Shown here: positions 51,471 to 61,983 of the stretch, piece after piece | Numbering within the stretch: position 1 is the first letter of the stretch | How the letters are laid out: the number at the start of each line of letters is the position of its first letter | Assembly (NCBI GenBank): GCA_030265395.1 | Contig: JARFYF010000104.1 | Location: forward strand, 79,498,013-79,562,012 | DNA length: 64,000 bases | Reading direction: 5' to 3' | From: Rhina ancylostomus | Lineage: Eukaryota | The notes under the pieces: generated by a model | Databases searched by the model: none | What the model was told of the DNA's origin: nothing | What the model saw: only the letters and a program-made list of their open reading frames with translations | Program-made: the position numbers and the translations under genes

Positions 51471-52628
51471 GAGGGATGTAGTGGGTAGTCAGGTCAGTAA
51501 ATGGGGTCAGGAGTTGGGGCATGGGTCTCATTAGTTGGATGGGGCTATTGGCAATGAGAAGCGAATTGGACGAGCAGGTTAGTGGTTGGAGGTGAAGTTT
51601 ATTGGTTGGCCGTGATGTATCAGGTGCTGGAATAGTGTTACGTTAGATTGTGTGTTAAGGTGGTGGTGAGGATCCTGGGGATGATGGGGGTGGTTGAATA
51701 GCCTAAGGGCGAGACGGTGAATAAATTACTTTGAGGGGATCTAGCTGAAGCGGGTNNNNNNNNNNNCCTGCCCAGTGAGTTCCCCTTTCAGTCACACAGA
51801 AGCAAGTTTCACAGGAACTATGGGAGTGTATTTGACCATGCATGGCCTGCAAATCGTGTGGATTTTGTATGGATGATTAAGAAATCACAGAACTGGCAAT
51901 GAGGTATACATTGCACGTCATTAGATGCCATTGCAAATGTCTGGGGTCCTCCATGCATTGGTAAATCAAATACAACTAAGATATAAAAGATATAAATGGA
52001 GGTTTTGTGATCTACTGTTTTGTGAGTCTGATTTTTCAGTTACTCTTCCTCAGAGGAACCTGGAACATGGTCCAAAAAAGCATGTTCCAGGTTCCTTTCT
52101 GTTGAATCCATATTTTGCTTCAGAGAGCAGTAACAAAGAGTTCTTTGTTTTTTAGCTCTCTTTCAGACAGGAATATGCTGACTTTTTGCTACCATTGCCA
52201 CAAAATTAAATGTTCCATTAGTCTTTGCTTAACAGTGTCTTACTTACATTACATGAAATATCATTAAAATAATCTAACCTTTTTGTGTTTGATTAACATG
52301 TTAATACAATTTGAAAATTGAATCAGAATATTCTTTTGGGAGATGTTCATCTTAAGCTATCCACTGCCTTGGCTTCACAGTTGCACAGGGTCCAATATAT
52401 TCCTTTATATTTACTGATGGCCATTTGAAGATAGTTTATTGCAGGTTTTCAGAAGTTGATGTTTAAAATTTCCTGCAGTAAATTTGGCAGTGGTGGAAAC
52501 TCTAGAGAAATGGTGAAACAGCTGTCTATGGTTTCTCTAGCACTCTGCCACTGTAATGGGGGAGATGGGCGTCCCATGCAAAGATCTAAACCAAATTGTT
52601 CCTTTTATGTTCTGTGTCTCTTGTCCAT

Positions 52629-52709
52629 GGCTTTGTGTATTGATGTATGTGTTATCAGTTTTGCATTTTGGCTTTGTGTATTGATTTATGTGTTATCAGT
52701 TTTGCATTT
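52629..52709 (+). repeat. 41-bp tandem duplication
   Basis: ggctttgtgtattgat(g/t)tatgtgttatcagttttgcattt twice, with one mismatch. Confidence 0.9.
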
Positions 52710-54421
52710 GCTTAGAATTGGAATCTACTCGTAGGTGACGTGGTGGGTGAAGGAAAAATAACGGAGCACAGTTTAACAAAACTTTGAAATTACTACTGAC
52801 ACAGGAATGAAATATGAAGCTGACGACAATTGGGAGAGGTGGTAGAAGACCCTGTATTTGATTTAGAATGATGCCAGTTGAATAAGTGGGGAAGGAAGGA
52901 ATGATATGGTACTGGAGAGGAAGGAAAAAGTGGTTCTGGAGATAGAGCAGACCAGACATCAGACGTAATAATTTAGAGGAGTAAGTGTAGGTCTGCAGTG
53001 CAGAGTTAATTTATTAAGAGGAAGGAGAGTCACACTCAAGATTGGGAGAGCCAAAGATGTGTTTTTAAATTTTATTTTGAACAGCCAGGTGAATACTTGT
53101 TGATCCAAACATGGGGAAATAGACAGATTGATTTTTTAAAAAATGGAAGCAGTAAGACAAACTGAGGGAAGCAACAGAGAAGAAGTACCAGGAGACAAGT
53201 TGCCTGAGTTTGAAGGACTCAACGAGCAGCTGAGTCAATGGCCCAAAGCATCAGGACTCAAGTAGAAATTGGACTGAAGGTAAACTTACTGGATGTAAGC
53301 AATTTACTGATAGAGCAAGGCAGAGGGTAGAGTCTAGTTTGGAGCTGTGAGAAAATGTCAATATTGTTTGGGGTGGGGTGCACTGGGTCTTAATCTCAGC
53401 TAGAAGCATCACTTAAAAAATATTATTGGTAGTGCTGCGTCTAAAGTAGAAGTCTGAAAAGTTTTTAAACTATGGACCTGGTGGTTGTTATAAAAACAAA
53501 ATGTTGGCAACACTCTGCAGGTCAGGCAAGAGAAACAGAGCTACTGAAAGGGTTGTACCATGAAGGGGAGGGTATTGGAGGAAGGTCATCAGCAGGCTCG
53601 GAAGGATACATTTACATAGTCACAGTTAAGTAGAATATCATTTATGATCTGTTACATCTGCCTGTAACATAGTCATTTGCAAACAAAAACTATTTTAGCT
53701 ATTCAGTTATCAATTCATTTGGAATTTTGATATTCCAATCTCAAATTTTATCAAAGTTCACAAAACTGTCCAGCCTTCAAATGATTAATTGACAAACATG
53801 TTCAGTAGAAAATTAGTAAACTCAACAATGGCTTAAAAGCTGACAAATCAAAGGTATGAGTATAACCCAAAGATATTTGAAACAAGGGGTTACATGGGAA
53901 CTGGACTGGGACATGTTTTAATTTAACCTGTTATTTGGTCTAAAATTCCTTTGCTTTAACGGAAGGAAAATACATGACCTGCCTCCTTGCTCCCTGACCT
54001 GGTGTAATCTTTGGTAAGGTGAGATTTGAGGGTATCACTAACCCAGGTTTTATTTCCAACTGGGATCCATTCATAAGGTGTATCCCCTGTTTTCCTGACC
54101 ACTCTAGGCGAAAGAGACCACTACAGATCATAGATCTTGATATATCTTTTTTGTAAAAGTCTTGGTTTCCAATTGTTATGGATTCCTACTTACAGATGAA
54201 AAATAGTCCTTTTGATACACAGTTCTAATTCAAAATTGTTTAATTGATTTTAAGTGATATGTGGTGGAGTATATAAAATTGTTTAACTTGTACTACTTTG
54301 AGCAAAATAGCTCCAAATTAATACTGAGCAAAATTTCACCCAATACAAATGTCCTAATTCATGCCTTATTCATTACACTCATTTGTAAAGTAAGACTGAT
54401 GAAGGTTTTCTATGATTTTAG

Positions 54422-54535
54422 GTATTCTTCGATATTCAGGTTGGTGGTAAGGATGTAGGAAGGATTGTCATTGGTTTATTTGGTAAAGTTGTTCCAAAGA
54501 CTGTGGAAAACTTTATCACTCTAGCAACAGGCCAG
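54422..54535 (+). CDS. PPIC: Cyclophilin C exon 2
   Basis: ttttag|[38 protein letters not shown]|gtaag, 114 nt, phase 0/0. Confidence 0.97.
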
Positions 54536-55659
54536 GTAAGAGATTGCTATGTTAAGTCATGACCAACAATTTATGAAATAAATTATAATACAAGTTATTT
54601 CCTGTAATATTTGTCACTTTTCCTACCTTGTGCATCCTGTTCTCTGATATTCCTCCTGTCTGTTTTAGCCTTGGTAATATTGCGCAATTGTGTGTATAAA
54701 ATGTGATGCTTTTAAATGCCAAAATGCATTTGACTTTATGTGCAACAAATGAAGGCAGCTTTCATGTTGAAAAGTTTGTTGCACCACTGCAGTTTAATAT
54801 AATCCAAAAGTTATTTTGTTAATAGGAAACTTCCTTCAATATGTCTTTTTGTACTGCTAGTTCATCAAAGTTGTGGTAAAATCATTGGGCCAGAGCACGT
54901 TGAAGGCTAGCCAGTGGGTGAGAATCGCCACCTCTTTGCAGTATTTAAGTAAATTATTGCTTTAAGCTTCTGTAATATTTTTCATCATTTGTATGTACTG
55001 ATTTTTCATGTATTTCTCATAGAACATAAAATTCCACCTGAGAACAGGCTGCTCCCATGCTTACAACNNNNNNNNNNNNNNNNNNNNNNNNNNNNNNNNN
55101 NNNNNNNNNCTCCTGTTGTTTCTCACTCCCTCTCTGTGATAACGTACCAGGCCACTTCGCTGCTAATCCCATAATGACATAACTGAGACTACCGAGGAAA
55201 CTGTAAGAAATTGAGAAAATCTGTGTCCTAACACTCTGATTTTAAGATGGATTAATTCTTATTTTCATTCTTCCATTCTCTCCCACTTCATAATTTACAT
55301 TACCATAACTTCCATTATGAGAAAGTAACCTTTTGTTATGACTTTTTGTGATCTCAAGACTTGCTAAATAATGCCCACCAATGTGCTTGAGAAATCCCCC
55401 ATGTTTATTATATTCCCTATTTCATCTCTTTTCAGTATATCTGTCTGAGTTTGTTTTCAGGAACATACAATAAAGTAACTGGCTTTAACTATTTAACTTG
55501 TAGAACTGCTAAATTTGTGTCAATTGCCAAGAAGTTTTGTTACACTTGCATTATTCATGTAATCATTCAGGACTTGGCATATATGGTAAAAATCAAATAC
55601 CTGACTGTAACCTCGCTATCTTGTGGTTCATTATGTACAATTTGCACTATATGAAGATT

Positions 55660-55930
55660 TTAAATTTAAATTTTATTTACAGCGTGGTAACAAGCCCTTC
55701 CGACCCAACAAGTCCACGCTGCCCATTTTAAACCCCAAATTAACCTACCCGTACGTCTTTAGAATGTGAGAGGAAACCGGAGCACCCGGAGGAAACCCAT
55801 GCAGACACGGGAGAATGTACAAACTTCTTACAGACAGCGACGGGAATCGAACCCCGATCGCTAGCACTGTAATAGCATTGCGCTAATCGCTACGCTACTG
55901 TGCTGCCCACGCTACGCTACCGTGCTGCCC
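55660..55930 (-). mobile_element. V-SINE type A, young copy with a duplicated 5' end
   Basis: Near-consensus and CpG-rich. The head end gctacgctac(t/c)gtgctgccc occurs twice in tandem (55889-55930). Confidence 0.92.
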
Positions 55931-56119
55931 ATGTTTGTGATCATTTGATTAAAAATATTTAATACATAAGGAAGATTAAAAGATGTTGATGAAAGGTGGA
56001 CTTTGCACATTCTACCTGCTACAGCAGACCAGTTGTTTTCATACCAGTGCAATTTAATTTTATATGGTTAAAGTTAGTAGCAGTCTGGAGTTGATTGTTA
56101 ATACTGCATCATCTTGCTC

Positions 56120-56260
56120 TCCTTCAACCAGTGCACTTCAAAGCATGTTTCTGAAACATGACACTGTTTTAACACAGAGAAATACTGTACTTAATTAGCA
56201 TGTGGCAAAATCCTTCTAACAGCAAGGAGATAAATGTCTGGATGATCCATACTTCCTGAT
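56120..56260 (-). mobile_element. Old Deu-SINE fragment
   Basis: cactgttttaacacagagaaatactgtacttaattagcatgtggcaaaatccttctaacagcaaggagataaatgtctggatgatc resembles the Deu-domain 3' part. Similar remnants lie near 17350-17560. Confidence 0.45.
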
Positions 56261-56790
56261 ATTCACTGAAGCATGTCTATTGGCCAGGAATTTGAGAGAA
56301 TTCTTCTGATCATCTTGGAATTTTGCCATGAGGCATTTCATATCTATTTGAGAGGGCGCATTGGACTGATCACTTAGGGAAACATAATCCAGGTGTTTTT
56401 TTTCAATAAGGGGCATTTTCAATTTTTTTTTCTAAAATGAAATCCTTGACTTCAGGTTCCATGTTCTTTACTGGCAGGGAGAAATCTAGCTTATAATTTT
56501 GTGTTTGTTCATTATATTTTCCTGATAATCGGCAACTGATTGTATTTAGTTGTATTCTTTAATTTTCAACGGAATTCTACTTCTAAAGAGAAAGTATATA
56601 CAGTAAGTAGGTTTATTTAAAAAAATGCTCTTTATTTTTTATTCACATTCATACATTGGAGGTTTTATTTAAGAGTTCCTGTTTTGGACACTCCAAATGT
56701 TCTATTCCTCTTAAATGAATTCAGGTCACACCTGAACTTGGAGAACTGATTACAGGACTCCATCAAACTTTCACGTATTATTTTTTGCAG

Positions 56791-56884
56791 AAAGGATATG
56801 GTTATAAAGGCAGCATATTTCACCGTGTCATCAAGGATTTTCTAATACAGGGTGGAGATTTTACTTCAGGAGATGGGAATGGAG
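56791..56884 (+). CDS. PPIC: Cyclophilin C exon 3
   Basis: ttttttgcag|[32 protein letters not shown]|gtaatg, 94 nt. Contains the cyclophilin FHRVI...QGGD signature. Confidence 0.97.
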
Positions 56885-57771
56885 GTAATGACTCTTCAAT
56901 TATTAGTAATTTACAGTAAAAGATGCTGCTAATTGTTTTCTATTTGTCACACCTTTAACAATATCAGTAATGGTTTACTATAATTAATCTTCATGGTAAG
57001 ACAGCTGATTATAATTGCCTTTTTTTGATAATATTTTTTCATTTGAATTATTCTAGAAATTCTTATAATTAAGGCATAACAGCCTAGATACTCTTTCTCT
57101 CAAAATGCTGCTATGCTGTTCAAAATAGGCTTTTCCTGGGATCAAACAATATTATTCCCATTTCTGGGTCTCTTAGTGACTGGATGGAAGTTCAACCCCT
57201 CACTTTCTGTAGGATTTTCTTTAGCATTAGAAACATCTCTCTGGTATGAAAATTCCTGAGGTGATGCAATACCCATAATTCATCCCTTGAGTGATTTTCA
57301 ACCTCACTGAACAACCAGCTTTTTACTAAACCTGTGCTCCTCAAACTGCATTCTTTGGCAAGGTGATCTGCAGCACTCTGTGGTCTTGCTGCTTATTCAA
57401 CACATTGCTCGTATAAGACTGAGTCTTCCTTACATCTTCACCTTTTCTTTGCAAACAAAACTCAGTTCCCATGGGGATTTACCTGGCCTTCACACTTCTT
57501 TTGATGCGTGGCATGGAGATGGACCATAAGCATTAGAAGACCACAAGGCACATGAGAGATCAAGGCCAAGAGTTTACAGGGACCCATGCTCATAGCTAGA
57601 CTTATAAGGAGTAATATTCACACAGGTGAGGCTTCACTAAGACATCCTTCCTGAGATCAGTGACCTTAAATACCACCTTGCACAAGGGCATGAATTGCTT
57701 TGACTATGAAAATCAAACTAATGGTTACTGTAAGCTTCCTTGACTCTGGACCATTCCATTTTGTTGTTGCT

Positions 57772-58770
57772 NNNNNNNNNNNNNNNNNNNNNNNNNNNNN
57801 NNNNNNNNNNNNNNNNNNNNNNNNNNNNNNNNNNNNNNNNNNNNNNNNNNNNNNNNNNNNNNNNNNNNNNNNNNNNNNNNNNNNNNNNNNNNNNNNNNNN
57901 NNNNNNNNNNNNNNNNNNNNNNNNNNNNNNNNNNNNNNNNNNNNNNNNNNNNNNNNNNNNNNNNNNNNNNNNNNNNNNNNNNNNNNNNNNNNNNNNNNNN
58001 NNNNNNNNNNNNNNNNNNNNNNNNNNNNNNNNNNNNNNNNNNNNNNNNNNNNNNNNNNNNNNNNNNNNNNNNNNNNNNNNNNNNNNNNNNNNNNNNNNNN
58101 NNNNNNNNNNNNNNNNNNNNNNNNNNNNNNNNNNNNNNNNNNNNNNNNNNNNNNNNNNNNNNNNNNNNNNNNNNNNNNNNNNNNNNNNNNNNNNNNNNNN
58201 NNNNNNNNNNNNNNNNNNNNNNNNNNNNNNNNNNNNNNNNNNNNNNNNNNNNNNNNNNNNNNNNNNNNNNNNNNNNNNNNNNNNNNNNNNNNNNNNNNNN
58301 NNNNNNNNNNNNNNNNNNNNNNNNNNNNNNNNNNNNNNNNNNNNNNNNNNNNNNNNNNNNNNNNNNNNNNNNNNNNNNNNNNNNNNNNNNNNNNNNNNNN
58401 NNNNNNNNNNNNNNNNNNNNNNNNNNNNNNNNNNNNNNNNNNNNNNNNNNNNNNNNNNNNNNNNNNNNNNNNNNNNNNNNNNNNNNNNNNNNNNNNNNNN
58501 NNNNNNNNNNNNNNNNNNNNNNNNNNNNNNNNNNNNNNNNNNNNNNNNNNNNNNNNNNNNNNNNNNNNNNNNNNNNNNNNNNNNNNNNNNNNNNNNNNNN
58601 NNNNNNNNNNNNNNNNNNNNNNNNNNNNNNNNNNNNNNNNNNNNNNNNNNNNNNNNNNNNNNNNNNNNNNNNNNNNNNNNNNNNNNNNNNNNNNNNNNNN
58701 NNNNNNNNNNNNNNNNNNNNNNNNNNNNNNNNNNNNNNNNNNNNNNNNNNNNNNNNNNNNNNNNNNNNNN
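57772..58770. other. Assembly gap probably containing PPIC exon 4
   Basis: Run of about 1000 N between exons 3 and 5. No SIYG...SMANAG...NGSQFFIT...HVVFG exon was seen in the flanks. Confidence 0.75.
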
Positions 58771-59599
58771 NATGGTAATAAATTTCCTTTTCAATTATAT
58801 TGTTTCTCTATAGAATTTTTTCCTGTTAATCTTTTGTTAGTAACTGTGATTATTTCTGTAAAAAAAAATCACTAGAGAAATTGAATAGAAATAGGCATTA
58901 TATTTTTGGGGATTGTTTTATTGGACAGTGTAGACTTTTCGTAGAATTGTTACAGCACAGATGATCGTTCAGACCATCAAACCAATGGCAGTTACTGAAG
59001 AGCAATTTATTCGGTTCTGTTCACCCACTTCCCCTGTAGCTCTGCAAATTATTTTTTTCAAGTGTTATTTGATTCCCCTTTGAAAGCCATGATTAACTTT
59101 GACCTTGTTTACAAGGTGTTTCTGATCCAGTGAGCCACTGGTAGATTTTGGCAAATCCCTGAGGACCTAATTGAATGAAATAATCCTGCTTTCATAATCA
59201 ATCAATTATTGAAATAATCACCATACCAAAAAAGTCAGTTTCTGAGAATATGGTGCTGACATAAACTGAGTTTTTTTTAAATTTAAAAAAAAATTAAGCT
59301 AGCTGACCTTTAAAGATAACACTTGAGTTGCTCCATACAATAGTCTGACCATAGACAATATTTATAAGAACCATTGTGCTTATTAAGTACGTGCTATCTT
59401 TAATACAAGTCCCTGATATACAGTACATTCATTACTTTTCATAAGATTGCAAAAGTGACCTCAAGCTGAACTTTGCTGGTGATCAGCAAATGATTTAAAG
59501 CTGTTGCATATAGAATTTTGGCAGTAGACCCAACTGTTGAATGTAAATTTAATAAATCTCCCAGACTATTACTAACACTTGTTCTTACTATGTTTCTAG

Positions 59600-59731
59600 C
59601 CTGTGGTGCATACAATAGAACTCCAGGACACAAACAGCAATAATCGACCTCTTCAAGATTGTGTGATAGTAAATAGTGGCAAGATAGATGTCAAAGAACC
59701 TTTTGTGGTTGAAGTGAATGATGACGAGTAA
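59600..59731 (+). CDS. PPIC: Cyclophilin C last coding exon (exon 5)
   Basis: tgtttctag|[43 protein letters not shown] matches the PPIC C-terminus (xVVHSIELQ...RPL..C.I.[14 protein letters not shown]). TAA is followed directly by TGA. Confidence 0.95.
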   Translation, partial: PVVHTIELQDTNSNNRPLQDCVIVNSGKIDVKEPFVVEVNDDE

Positions 59732-60244
59732 TGAGAAAGCACATGGTATCTCTTAGAAATAACAGATGATGAACAAAAATGATACTTTTGCTTCCATTGA
59801 TCTAATTTATTATTGTGATACATCAAAACATTAATTCCCTCTTTATATCTGATTTTTTTTAGCTAAAGGTGGTGTGATACATTTAGAAGATTATTGCTCA
59901 GAAACTTAATGGTGCATGATTATATTTTGATAAGTAACCTACCTGAATGTGGAGCTGGGAGAGACTGAAATGCTTCCTTACTTAAAGGAATCGGTTGTTT
60001 TCACTGTTTTCATTGACACACCAAATTAACATTGTTCTCTGGGCTTGATCCACTCAACCAAGGACTGATGTGGCACCAGTCAATGCCTGGTCATCAATGT
60101 CCTGTTTGCTGGTGGGACGTCCTCATCAGCTGGCACCAACAGGAGCAGAATCTTGAGCACCACCATTCAGATACATTCAGGAAAGGGCAAAATGGGTTTC
60201 TCGAATTTCTGGACCCATGTTCGTAGTAAACCAATAAAGGAGGA

Positions 60245-60465
60245 ACAGACAGTTTGGTGGAGGAACTGTGGGTTGAGCAGCATCTNNNNNNNNNNAGCAT
60301 CTGGGGGTGGGGGAAGGAATTGTCGCTGTTTAGGGTCAAAACGTTGCATCAGGACTGAGTCGACATTTCCTTCCCCCCCCATAGCTGGCTGCTTGACCTG
60401 CTGAGTTCCTCCAGCAGATTTTTTTTGTTGCTCCAGATTCCAGCATCTGCAGTCTCTTGCCTCCA
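60245..60465. mobile_element. Penelope-like repeat with inverted arms in the PPIC 3' region
   Basis: Left arm ggtggaggaactgtgggttgagcagc. Right arm gctgcttgacctgctgagttcctccagc...ccagattccagcatctgcagtctcttg. Confidence 0.75.
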
Positions 60466-60722
60466 ATAAAGGGGGAATTATTCTGTGCTTTTTAAACCTC
60501 TGTGCAATGCTCTTCACATCATTGTGGTTAACCTTTTTTGATGCTTCACAAAAATGTCTGCTTCTTCCAAATATTGTTTGTTTATAAACAGATCTATCAT
60601 TATTGGAAAATGTTCTCAGCTAAATGTTGAAATTAAGGTAATTGCAGAAGTGTTTTAACAGGTGGATTTAAAATTAACAGAATGCAAACATACCAAAAAA
60701 ATCATATTGAATATTTGTCATC

Positions 60723-60728
60723 AATAAA
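60723..60728 (+). terminator. Candidate PPIC polyadenylation signal
   Basis: AATAAA about 1 kb after the stop codon with T/GT-rich sequence downstream. Alternatives exist at 60233, 60465, 61280 and 61377. Confidence 0.4.
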
Positions 60729-61355
60729 GTTGTGAAGATCATTTACATGCATATAAGAATGTAATGTTCGACAAATATAGTTATGTATTCTGTCTCTAGC
60801 TTGCTATGAATTTATCTGGTGAAATTGGATTTAATTCTTTTATATATGGTTCATGTTTACTGTAGTTATTCCTGACAACCATGGTGTTCTTGAGTTATGC
60901 ATTTGTAATTCCAACTATTTAACATTACAGAGAAAGCAAACCCTAGAGAAACTACTATGCCTATTAAATATTTATGTTTTACCACTGTGCCTTTCATAGA
61001 TTATGTAGCTTATGGCATCACAGAATGATCCTACAGAACAAGGGACCAAAATCTTGAGCTAGGTCATTCAGAAAGCACCTTTTTTCCATACAATGTTAAA
61101 TTATATCCTTAGAATTTTCCATTAGATCATTGAAATTTAAAGGTACAGGGGCAAATTGTATTGATTCTGACAAGCCATTGAGAACATATACATTTTAAAA
61201 TAAGGAAAGTAGCTGAGTGGAAACTTAAAACAATGAACTTAAGTCTCTAGTGCTGATTCACAGGCCCTTGGCCAAACTTAATAAAAAGTGATCAAAGTTC
61301 ACACTCAAAATGAATCAATGGAACACAAGTTACATATTGTTCAGTGGTGTTTAAA

Positions 61356-61361
61356 TTTATT
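61356..61361 (-). terminator. Candidate SNX24 polyadenylation signal
   Basis: TTTATT on plus (AATAAA on minus) about 550 nt past the stop, followed on the minus strand by a GT-rich element (ttgtgttc...ttttgagtgt). A second candidate is at 61537-61542. Confidence 0.45.
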
Positions 61362-61912
61362 ACAACAATTGATTCTAATAAAGAAATATTTTACCAATTC
61401 AGTGTTCAATAAGATCATGACAGTAAAAAGGGCAATAATGTGATTTAGTGATAAATATCTTTTCATTCTACATAATTAAATGCAACAAACATTCTTACAT
61501 TGTCCAACTTCAACTGTCGCTATACTGATGAGAGTTTTTATTTCAAACTGGAAAATACATCTAAGCCATAAAACATAAATATTCTCTATTTAATAATGAA
61601 CTAATACATTTGACTTTAAAATTACACAAAAATATTTCCATAGTATACATTAGTTCCATACTCACATGATTTATGCTGAAATATCACGCATTCATTGATA
61701 AGCATTTACATGGAAGTCTGCTTTATATATATAGACATTAATTCAATGAATAATGTAAAAGTTAAAACTGAATGGTATAATAACCTTAAAATGTGCATCC
61801 TGTCAAGGAAGAACATTGAGAACCGACAGTTTCTTATAAAAACATATACATCTCCAATAACTGTTACTGTTGTCACTGGATATCCAGAGATGCCTTTTGT
61901 GTAGAATCCACT

Positions 61913-61983
61913 CTACCTTATTTGAAGGTATGGGTAGTACGTACCATGTAGAACACCTTCAATAACTACGTTTGGGAAGTCAT
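61913..61983 (-). CDS. SNX24: Sorting nexin 24 last coding exon
   Basis: T-rich tract then ctcttag|AT GAC TTC...: DFPNVVIEGVLHGTYYPYLQIR* matches the SNX24 C-terminus DFPNVVIEGVLHGIFYPHLQPR*. Position fits SNX24-PPIC-PRDM6 synteny. Confidence 0.92.

Noticed and set aside
57700-58875. Long ORFs of 357-391 aa (also 63238-63874 and 18995-19418)
   Set aside because: They are artefacts of N runs translating as X.
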